In this document: positions 1-9,000 of the stretch, piece after piece
How positions within the stretch are numbered: the stretch's first letter is position 1
How the letters are laid out: each line of letters starts with the position of its first letter
IMG/VR virus record: IMGVR_UViG_3300037311_000518
Coordinates: 1-55,924 of that record
Length of the DNA: 55,924 bases
DNA from: a virus
Lineage: Duplodnaviria > Caudoviricetes
Reading direction: 5' to 3' (one strand)
Notes under the pieces: model-generated
Seen by the model: the letters and a program-made list of their open reading frames with translations, nothing else
Databases searched by the model: none
Told to the model about the DNA's origin: nothing
Made by a program: the position numbers and the translations under genes

Positions 1-339
1 ATGAACACGATGAACCCCACTCTGGCCGTCCAGATTCTCGAACTCAACAGCGCGGCATCCTCGCAGATGGTTCAGATCAAAACGCTGGGACTCCCCTACC
101 ACGCGCGCATTGCGGCTCAGGCCGGCATTGAGCGTCTGGCAAACCGGCACATTGCCAACCTAGTGATCGACGCCGGCATCGCTGCCGAGCCGGCGCTACC
201 TGATGGGCACGAGTCGCTCCCGGCGGCCGCTATTGATGGTATTTGGAACGCCGCCATTGAGGAATTGGCGCGTGCTGCATTGTCCGCCGCGGCGGTTGCG
301 GTTGTAGCCCCGCTCATGCCGCAGGACGCCGACGTATGA
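1..339 (+). CDS. hypothetical protein
   Basis: ORF with an ATGA overlap into the next ORF. Confidence 0.5.
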   Translation: MNTMNPTLAVQILELNSAASSQMVQIKTLGLPYHARIAAQAGIERLANRHIANLVIDAGIAAEPALPDGHESLPAAAIDGIWNAAIEELARAALSAAAVAVVAPLMPQDADV

Positions 340-827
340 GCGCGGCGACTATCGATCGTCCGCCAACACCCCCGCGTTTTCGCGCGGGGTTCGGCCGACG
401 ACTACGTGTTCGGCTGTCGAACGGATTCTCATGGGCGCACGAGTTTGAGGCCAACGATCCGATCTCTCTGCGAGACGGTTGCGCCGAGGCGCATTTCGAG
501 CACCAGCACACGCATGCCGAGACTGTTGCCAGCCGTTTCCCAGAGTACCAGACCCGAAATCGGGACAGTGTTCGCAGGGCGGCGCGGTTGGAATCGCTGT
601 ATCTGTATGTCTGGCATCGTAGGCAGTGGCTGAATGCGAACTACGGCACCAACGGCGAGCGTCTCCTGACCGTGCGCGCCCCAGGAGCGGCGACTAACGG
701 CGAGTCGTGGTCGGATGCCGATTGGTTTGACGCCTGGACGCGCTGCGAGCGATGTAAATCGGCAGCAGAAATGTTGGATAGGTTCTGCGATGGGATCGGC
801 GATTTCATCGCCGACGAGCTGCTATGA
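336..827 (+). CDS. hypothetical protein
   Basis: 163 aa ORF with ATGA overlaps at both ends. Confidence 0.55.
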   Translation: MSAATIDRPPTPPRFRAGFGRRLRVRLSNGFSWAHEFEANDPISLRDGCAEAHFEHQHTHAETVASRFPEYQTRNRDSVRRAARLESLYLYVWHRRQWLNANYGTNGERLLTVRAPGAATNGESWSDADWFDAWTRCERCKSAAEMLDRFCDGIGDFIADELL

Positions 828-1072
828 CCGCGTTCGCCTCCCTCCTGCGCAGGGCCGACACCCTGCGCAGAACCGAGTCGGATCCTGTCCGCGAGGCGTG
901 GTGGACCGGCTACATGCGCGGTCTGCGGCGTGCGCACCACGGCGAAACGTTCGGCACTGCCGCCGAGCACGAGCTATGGCTGTCTGCCGCAGACTCGGAC
1001 GTTCCTGATCGCGCAGCGCTCGGGCGCGGCTACCGGGTCGGCCTGACGCTGACGATATGCGATCCGGACTGA
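824..1072 (+). CDS. hypothetical protein
   Basis: 82 aa ORF, translationally coupled to the previous ORF. Confidence 0.6.
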   Translation: MTAFASLLRRADTLRRTESDPVREAWWTGYMRGLRRAHHGETFGTAAEHELWLSAADSDVPDRAALGRGYRVGLTLTICDPD

Positions 1073-1075
1073 TCC

Positions 1076-1264
1076 ATGACGCGACCTGTCAAACCACCGC
1101 CCAAATACGACCGCACCGGTACGCAACGCGGCCGGCGCGCCGTCGAGCGCGGCCGGCGCATCAACGCCGTGCTGCAAAATCGGGAGGCCATCGACCGCTG
1201 GGACGCACTCGTGCAGCAGCACGGCAGCCAGCGAGCGGCGATCGAGGCGTTGCTGTTGCGGTGA
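1076..1264 (+). CDS. small basic hypothetical protein, possibly DNA-binding
   Basis: 62 aa, Arg-rich; its stop abuts the stop of the convergent tail gene. Confidence 0.5.
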   Translation: MTRPVKPPPKYDRTGTQRGRRAVERGRRINAVLQNREAIDRWDALVQQHGSQRAAIEALLLR

Positions 1265-2164
1265 CTACAGCGCCTCGCGCATCTGCAGGCCAGCCGCGTA
1301 CATCCGTTTCCGGTCAGAATATTCGCCCGTAAGGAACCCGTCTTGATGAACCCACGTCGGATCCTGAGTCAGGTAACCGTAGCAGCCCATGGTGTAGATC
1401 AACTCCGCGTCGTCGTTCTGCGGCAGCGCTATCAGAGGCCTTGACCGAGCGCACCACGATGCCAGTTGTTGCAGGCTGGGATAATCCACGTCTGTCGAAT
1501 AAATTTCGTCTTCAAGAAGGCCGCCAAATTCGAATGACGATATCCGTTGCCGTGGCTGTGGATGAGGATAGAACTGCCCGCCGATGCTGTAGACACCGCG
1601 CGCGTTCTCGGTGATGCCCTGCTGTATTGCGGCGAATTTGATTCCGTTCGTTGGCTGCCAGATCGGGCCAGCCCATATGCCTCCGCACTGGAATTGAGCG
1701 GCAGTCACATCGCCCGTATACGGATCTTTCGAACCGAAGACCACATCGGAATCGTTCATGAAAATCATGATCTCTGTGATTCGATCCATATCGACCAAGA
1801 CCGAATCCGGTAGCTCAAAAAAAAGATGCGACTGAAAATCTCCGATAGGCACGGGGTAGACTGGCAGGTAGAAGGAATCTGTCGCTGGCGTGTCGTCTTT
1901 CACGAGCACGCTGATCGTGTTAAGTCCGTACTCGACGATATTGACGTTCAGCAGCGCAACCATCCGAACCGGCCTTGCATCGCTCCATGAGCATCCGAAC
2001 TCAATGGCGCCAAACGCCCCGGATGACGCAAGAATGGCGACCTTTGATGTTCGTGTATCAAGCATGTTTTCTTCTGGAGCGTCTGTCTCAAAGGTCCCCT
2101 GATCAACGATCATCGTCCCGTGCTCGAAGCACCAGTTTCGCCAAGCGAGTATCGAATTTGCCAT
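1265..2164 (-). CDS. putative tail/virion structural protein
   Basis: 299 aa, last gene of the tail operon, SD GAAGGA upstream, acidic and beta-rich composition. Confidence 0.65.
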   Translation of the reverse strand: MANSILAWRNWCFEHGTMIVDQGTFETDAPEENMLDTRTSKVAILASSGAFGAIEFGCSWSDARPVRMVALLNVNIVEYGLNTISVLVKDDTPATDSFYLPVYPVPIGDFQSHLFFELPDSVLVDMDRITEIMIFMNDSDVVFGSKDPYTGDVTAAQFQCGGIWAGPIWQPTNGIKFAAIQQGITENARGVYSIGGQFYPHPQPRQRISSFEFGGLLEDEIYSTDVDYPSLQQLASWCARSRPLIALPQNDDAELIYTMGCYGYLTQDPTWVHQDGFLTGEYSDRKRMYAAGLQMREAL

Positions 2165-2282
2165 TTATGTTCCTTCGTTACGCCTCACGGCGTTACATGA
2201 ATAGATGAGCGATGCTCGTGCGCTTAAATGTCGGTGATGACGTCCATCGGCGCGGTCACTATTTTTAGCGCTTTGGAATAGA

Positions 2283-2630
2283 TCAAGTGAACGACCAAGA
2301 TGCAACAAGGCCGCTCGTGCTTATGCGTGTAATCGTGACCGACGTGCCAGTGACATTGATCGACCATGCGAGGCCTGGCGAACCGTCGAACATGACGTAG
2401 GCAAGATAGTCTCCGTCGTCAAGATCGTAGAATTGCGCACCGGATGCCGTTGCGCGATAGAAATCAACTCGCCCGCCTCGCGTCGTCAGCGCAATCACCG
2501 CTCCGTCTGGAGCGTCGTCTATGTCAACAACAACCGATGTCGGTTTTTTCGTTCGGGTGAAATAACCACCGAAAGGGTTTACGCTCCCAGAAAACGGAAT
2601 AGCGAGACCAATGTCGCCTAGGTCTGCCAT
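2283..2630 (-). CDS. hypothetical virion-associated protein
   Basis: TGATG overlap with the upstream gene; start taken at MADLGDIG. Confidence 0.55.
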   Translation of the reverse strand: MADLGDIGLAIPFSGSVNPFGGYFTRTKKPTSVVVDIDDAPDGAVIALTTRGGRVDFYRATASGAQFYDLDDGDYLAYVMFDGSPGLAWSINVTGTSVTITRISTSGLVASWSFT

Positions 2631-3550
2631 CACACGAGTTTCCACGTGTTGGTCAATTCAATGATGCTGATTCCAGTGTTTTGTTTCATCGCCCGGAACG
2701 TTGCTGTTGGATCGTAGGCGGTGTCTGAAAATGTGTCTGCGGCGGTTACAGTACCCATTCCGTTGTGTTGTGGCTCCCACAGATGCGGGATGGCGCCGCG
2801 TCTGGTCAATCCACTAACAGAGCAAGAGGCGTATAAATTTTGTCGGCGTATCTTTCCAAGATACCCGGAACTCAAATCCGGTGCGTTTGTGATTGATCCG
2901 ACTGTACTACCACTGGCATAAACTGCACCGGCAGTTGATTTGGTTGTTCCATCTATTGATCTTGCCCAGTAGATTTGGGGTGTTGCGGGCGCAGTCAAAA
3001 TTGTTGCGCCAGTTATATTTGTTGCGCTGCCGCCTGTTCCGCCAACACCTCTTTGCCATATGAATGTTCCCCACGTATCGGTGTCACCATTCTGGGCAGC
3101 ATCCATGAACATGAATGGACCGTAGTCATCCACGCCATCCAGCTGACTGAAGTACATGAATCCGGTATCCCAAGCAACGATGGCAAATTCCCTGTCGGTT
3201 GTGCTTGCGGAGCTGCTTACCTGAATAGTCGATGTGGAGTTTGCCACTTGTGCGACAGTAGGGAATGGATCGACCAGTGTTGATGCGTCAGAGGCGTCCT
3301 CGCAACCGCGCACTGTTGCTTTCCGTGCATCACCGGAGATCGCACTACTGTGCGCAACATATACCCTAAATCTGTTCCCCGTTGCGGGCCGAAATATTGA
3401 TTCATTGGTTCCGGCGTTGTGGTACTCACGCGACCATCCAACCTGAGGCAACGCCCAATTCAATAGCGCATTCAAATCGCCATTCGTTCCGCTGTTCCTG
3501 GTCGCTCCTGATGATGCGTTAGTCAGATATACGAAATTCGAGAATGCCAT
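2630..3550 (-). CDS. putative tail tip/receptor-binding-type structural protein
   Basis: 306 aa, S/T/G-rich, at the distal tail position. Confidence 0.55.
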   Translation of the reverse strand: MAFSNFVYLTNASSGATRNSGTNGDLNALLNWALPQVGWSREYHNAGTNESIFRPATGNRFRVYVAHSSAISGDARKATVRGCEDASDASTLVDPFPTVAQVANSTSTIQVSSSASTTDREFAIVAWDTGFMYFSQLDGVDDYGPFMFMDAAQNGDTDTWGTFIWQRGVGGTGGSATNITGATILTAPATPQIYWARSIDGTTKSTAGAVYASGSTVGSITNAPDLSSGYLGKIRRQNLYASCSVSGLTRRGAIPHLWEPQHNGMGTVTAADTFSDTAYDPTATFRAMKQNTGISIIELTNTWKLV

Positions 3551-4089
3551 TACGTTACCTGCAAGCTGAACCAGCGAACGCCGGTGTTAGCGGTGATGAC
3601 GATCTGGAGGACTTCGCTCTGAGCGATGCTGGTAGATGTCCATGTAGATAGATCGCCGCTGTCCGATGTTGACGCACTCACCGACGGCTGATTGCTGCCC
3701 GTAATTGAGTCGGAAACATCAGGGATCGTTGGGAAGCTATCTTTTCGGATGTCGATCGTGATCGAGCCGGAAGGCTTGCACAGCACTTTCCAACCGGATG
3801 ACAGGCTGATTCCTCGCGGAACGACTACCTCGAATGGTGTGTTTGTCGGAAGAATCGGCCCCTGACCGTCCCCGCTGCCAAGCGAAACCTCGAACCCTCC
3901 GGATGATGATCCAGATCCCGGAATTGAACCGATTGGAGAGCCGTTGACGGAAACATCCCAATCCGTGCCGTTGAATTCGATCAGGCCGATATCGCCGCCG
4001 TCATGAAATTCCAGTTGGGCAAGTGAATCTTTCTCAACCCCGTGCGAATCAATCCGGTCACCGGCGCCAAGTCGAAACGGTTTGGCCAT
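3550..4089 (-). CDS. putative tail structural protein
   Basis: 179 aa, S/G-rich, follows the tail hub-like gene. Confidence 0.55.
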   Translation of the reverse strand: MAKPFRLGAGDRIDSHGVEKDSLAQLEFHDGGDIGLIEFNGTDWDVSVNGSPIGSIPGSGSSSGGFEVSLGSGDGQGPILPTNTPFEVVVPRGISLSSGWKVLCKPSGSITIDIRKDSFPTIPDVSDSITGSNQPSVSASTSDSGDLSTWTSTSIAQSEVLQIVITANTGVRWFSLQVT

Positions 4090-4092
4090 TGG

Positions 4093-6000
4093 CTATCTCC
4101 ACACTGTCAGCGTCAGTACATTGTTTCGGTATTGCCCGTGGACGGCGACAAGCAGTGCCTTGATCGCGGAGCCGGCGAAGAGTGTATCGTCCAGTTCAAC
4201 AACCGCACCCGGATAAAGCGTCGCTGCATCTTGTGGTGAGTCCATGGCGACGGAGAAGGTCCAGAATCCTCGACGACTGCCGTACAAGTCGGTGATTCGA
4301 TCGGCCTCTGATTGGGCATCAGATGAGTTGTACAGAAGAGTCCCAATCGCCGGCGCTCCGACACCGTGCCGATAGAATCGATGTAGCCGGTTGTCCCCTT
4401 TTCGCTTGTACTTGTAATCGGCCATGAAAGGCGGTCGATTCGGATGCGTGATTCCGGCCAGTTCGTCTTCCGAATATGGACTCCAGTTCTTCCCTGCCCC
4501 GTATGTGTCCGAAATGCCTGGCGCAAGGTCCGGCTGATAGATCGGATAATCGATCAGGTTAAGGCGGGAGACTTTTAGGTCGGGATCGGACGTTGGCTCA
4601 TAAACGGTTCCCATGCGAACCAACCCATCCGGACCGACGTATGTCCATCCTGAGACCGATGCCATCAGTGCATTGATGGCCTGTCGAGCGGTGGTTCCGG
4701 AACGATCGTAAAATCCGACTCTCGGCTCACGCATCCACGTCAGTGCTGTCGGGACAAGCTCGGAAAAGTCGATGCTTTCTTCCGTGATGCCGCCACGCGC
4801 AAGCAGGTGCCATAGTGAGTTGTACAGCCAATCGCCAATGGCTCCGTTGTCCATTTTGTAGGCGTAGAACGCATGCAGACTGAGAGAACCGGCCGTATTG
4901 TCAGACGCCGTTCCGCCGAGACGAATCGTTCTGTTGGCGCCTGCAGCGACATAGATCGGTACGCAGAATTCCCCCGGCGTGAAAACCCTGTACAGGGTCC
5001 CCGTGTCACGAAACCGAATGCCCAGATGCGCGGCGGCGTTCCCGTTGATCTGGCCTATTTTCCCGCACACCATGTACCAGCCAGCGTTCGTGTCGGGCAA
5101 TACATTCGCCGTCGTCTGGATCGACGCAACCTGCGATGAGCCCCATTCGAACTCTGCGCCGATCCCGTCCATTTCGGATACGGTTCCAGAACCCGTTGAT
5201 GTCCAGCCTGTCGGAGTCGCGCCCGGCCATTGTGCTGGATCGTAGAATTTTCCGTTCCCGGAAAGCAGATCCGTATACGCCGTGTTCGGACCGACTAAAT
5301 CCGCTGTCACCCTCGCCGATGGCGAGGTGGACATTTCAAACCCCGTACGTTGCGCGTTGTAGTCCCATTGCGGCGGTGAATTGCTCGGGTCGTCAGCAAT
5401 CGATCCGCCCGAGTAGACGAAATCGATCTGCTCGACGTTTGAGTCGTTTAGATGAAATTCCAGATTCGTCTGGTCGTATCTTGCTGGTTCGGCCAGATAC
5501 ACGCTGCCAATTGTGATTGGAAGCGGCGTACCTTGCAGTTCCGCATTTGGAACACTGTCGTCGTAGAGCACCGGCTGCAACGGACGATCCAGTTTCGAAT
5601 CCATCCCGCGCAGATTGATCTTGATGGTCTCCTGAAGTTTTTCTACCGAATCCATGATGCATCTGGCGACAACGACAGAATCATCGTATCCGTCGCCTTT
5701 ATTCACCATCCGCAAAATGCAGGCATTGTCCCTGGCGTTTGCGAAAATGATGTTGTCAATCGCCGCCGTGTTGTCGGTATTGGCCAATTCCAGTGCGCCG
5801 AACCCTGTAGTAGGAGAATCGCCCCAAATCACGTTACCGACGCGAACCGAAAAAGTCGGATCGCCAACGATACGGCCATCGTATTCACGCACGCCGATGC
5901 TGTCGGTCGATTTCGAATACCACTGCTGAGAGGAAAAATAAAGGGGGACGAATCCCCCATCGAAGTACAGCTCAGCCAGCAGAATGACTTCACGCTGCAT
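4093..6000 (-). CDS. tail tip/hub protein
   Basis: 635 aa, immediately after the tape measure gene; possible inserted carbohydrate-binding-like central domain. Confidence 0.65.
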   Translation of the reverse strand: MQREVILLAELYFDGGFVPLYFSSQQWYSKSTDSIGVREYDGRIVGDPTFSVRVGNVIWGDSPTTGFGALELANTDNTAAIDNIIFANARDNACILRMVNKGDGYDDSVVVARCIMDSVEKLQETIKINLRGMDSKLDRPLQPVLYDDSVPNAELQGTPLPITIGSVYLAEPARYDQTNLEFHLNDSNVEQIDFVYSGGSIADDPSNSPPQWDYNAQRTGFEMSTSPSARVTADLVGPNTAYTDLLSGNGKFYDPAQWPGATPTGWTSTGSGTVSEMDGIGAEFEWGSSQVASIQTTANVLPDTNAGWYMVCGKIGQINGNAAAHLGIRFRDTGTLYRVFTPGEFCVPIYVAAGANRTIRLGGTASDNTAGSLSLHAFYAYKMDNGAIGDWLYNSLWHLLARGGITEESIDFSELVPTALTWMREPRVGFYDRSGTTARQAINALMASVSGWTYVGPDGLVRMGTVYEPTSDPDLKVSRLNLIDYPIYQPDLAPGISDTYGAGKNWSPYSEDELAGITHPNRPPFMADYKYKRKGDNRLHRFYRHGVGAPAIGTLLYNSSDAQSEADRITDLYGSRRGFWTFSVAMDSPQDAATLYPGAVVELDDTLFAGSAIKALLVAVHGQYRNNVLTLTVWR

Positions 6001-9000
6001 TTCGATACCCCGGAGGTTTTTGCTTGGTCATTTCGTTAGCGGTGACCTTTGTGTTCTGTGCAATCGCAGATAGCAGCTCGCCGTTCTGCTTGATGAGCTG
6101 TTCGACTTTCCTTTCGAGCGCAGACGAATCTCCGCTGGAATTCATTGATTCGCCGGAACCGAGGTAGTAGTCGCCGTTACGGACACGATCGGCGACACTG
6201 GCCGGAATGACCATTTCGCCCTTGTGCAGGAAGGCCATCTGGTTCGACGGGACGAACGGGGTGCCTTGCGCGTACCCGTTGACGCCCATCTGCTCTGCGA
6301 TGTCCTCCATGATCTCGATCAGAGCGACGATGCCGCCATCGATGTTCGAGAGGTAATCGAGATCGGACAAAGCGCCGGGCGGATCGACCCCCGCAAAGAA
6401 TGGAGCCAGTAGGTCGCGAATGCCGACAGGCAAGGCGTTGATTGCCGCTTCTGCTTCCCCGATGGCAGCGTTTGCGTCTGCCTCGTTCGTCGCGCTGGTA
6501 ATCGCGGTCAGATACGGTTGCAGCTGATCCCTGATGTCAGGTGACAGCGCATCGATCGTGTCTTCCAGTGCGAGGAAGATCGGGCTGTTCGCATCTGTCA
6601 GTGCGCCAAGGTCTTGCCCAAGAGACTCAGCGAGTTCGGCGAGATCGGCGCCGAGATACTGGGCAAGATTCAACAGTCCGGTTCCGGTCTCGTTGACCAG
6701 CTCCTGTACGTTGTAGCCGAGTTCTGCCGCTAGCTCACGCACACCATCAGCGAGGCCTGGAAGATTTAGGCCAAGCGCATCGACAAGCTGACCAAGCGGA
6801 AGGCCAAGGTCCATTGCGAGCTGCGCGAGCGCCTCCACCGATGCCCCGGTGATCTGCTCGATATTGATGCCCAGATCTTCGGCGAGTTGAGCAATCGGGA
6901 TGCCCAACGTCTCCATGAGTTCAAGGATTGGCGCGTTGAGCGCGACCGACAGGGCTGCCAGATGATCTACAAGCTGCTGAGCCAGCAATGCCCGCTCGAT
7001 CGCGTTTTGCGCGACCATTTCCGAGCTCGGCGTGACAGACACTGGGCCGCCGAAAACGGGCGTGTTCGGACCTATCTGTTCGTTCTGCGGACCTGCGCTA
7101 ACAAGGCCGGCCAGGGCCATCCGGACGGACTCGAAAATGCCCTCGTACGCGCCGACACCGCCGTAGTAGCCCTGCGCCTCGGTCAGATAGGCATTGGCCG
7201 CGCCCTGTAGCTGCGCCAGCGCATCGAGATCGCCGCCCTGCGCAAGCGCCAGGATTCTCTCGTATTCGGCCTGAGCTTCGCCGAGTCGCTCCGTGGGGTT
7301 CAGCGGCGACAGGTTGGAAATACCCAACCCACGGACATACTGATCGAGCTGTTCAAGCAATTGCAGCTCGCGAGCATAGCGATCCTCGACAGCCTGCTCC
7401 ACCGCTCCGATTCCGCCCATTTCGGCGTCGTAAACCGGATCGTTGTCAGCGCCGAATTCCTCGAATCCGGCATAGCCCAACTGGGCGGCGAGCTGTTGCG
7501 CCGATCGCAGAATCTGCTGAGATAGCTGTTCAAGCTTCCGGGCATGCCATTGCCGCGCAAATGTCAGCTCGGCTTCGGACGCTTCCGCTCGTCCGTTGGC
7601 ACGGGCAAGTTCCTGAATGGTTGCGACGTGCTCCTGATACTCAGCGTCGAGATCGATGATCGACTGCAATGGGTCCGACCAGCCATCCGTCGCGAGATTC
7701 GTCAATAGCGCATTGATTTCGTCGAACGCAGCCGCAGCATTCTCTGCGGCCTCTTGCGCTTGTTCTGCGGCATCCTCCAGCAAGTCGTAATACTGGTCGG
7801 CAACGCCGGCCAGTCGAAGCAGCGTGGCAATCTGTTCCTGCCCCTCCTCGGTCGTGGCGTCGAGCGATTGCATCAGCGCCCACATGGCATCACGCGTTGC
7901 GGGAACTTCAAGGCCGACTTGTTCGAACGCACGGTTCAGTTCGTCAGTCGCAACCATGAGCCGATGTTCGTCGGTGGCGAATGCGGACACGAACGTCGTC
8001 ATGCCCTCGATGAATTCCTCGATGCCACCTACAGCCTCGATCAAACCGACGCTGATCTGCGCAAACCGCTCCGGATCTGTCTCGTCGATGGCCAAGCCGA
8101 GATATCGGATCGCTTCTTGCACGACTTGAACACTGGTCGCGACACGAACCAGCGTTTCCCCCAAACCTTCGCCGACCTGCTGGAACTGAGCGATGAACGG
8201 AACGACGTGGCCAGCAAGGTCGTCGAAGATTTGCGAGAAGACCGCCTCAAGTTCCGCCTGCTGTTCCTCTGCGGTGAGATCCATGAGGCTGATGTTGATT
8301 TCCGCAAGCTGGAACGCTTCGATCGCTGCCTCGATTTCCTCGGGAAGCAATCCAAGCGCAAGCGCGCCCTCGCGAACTGTTCCCACGATAGAGTCGATGA
8401 TGAGCTGGAACTGATTCTCGAATTCGTCTTCTACATCTGCAAATGAAGTACGGGTTCGACGAGAACCGAATCGCCAACTACGCGATTGCACCTCCTGATA
8501 TGCACTCAGGTCGATGTCACTGATCGAACCGCCGCCAATGTGCAGGCCTTGATCCGTGACTCTGGAAGATCCGCCAAGGAGCATGTTCGCTAAGCTCGGC
8601 ATTCCAAGCACTTGGGCACCGAAAGACCCGGCTGAAAAATCAAACGGCCGCGGCAATGCCGAGAACGTTGCTTCACCAGCACCGCGTGCCAGCATGACCG
8701 TTGCGTTAGAGATTCCACTTTGCAGCGCAAGCAGCGCGCTCAGCATCCCGCGATTGATGCCGACTAGCTTGCTCGTCGCGTCCGCTGTGATCTCGGTGGC
8801 GTTGAGCATGGATTCAGATTTGGCGTCAGCATCGCCGAGTACGGAGCCGGTGCCCTGAACATCTTGTCGCTGTTGCGCTGTGTTCGTGAAGCCGCCGCCA
8901 AAGCTGCCGATGCTTCCGACAAGTTGCGAAACTGCAGCGGCCATGGCGGCCATTCGGGCGAACGCGGTGTACGGATCGCCCATGCCCTGATTGACGATCG

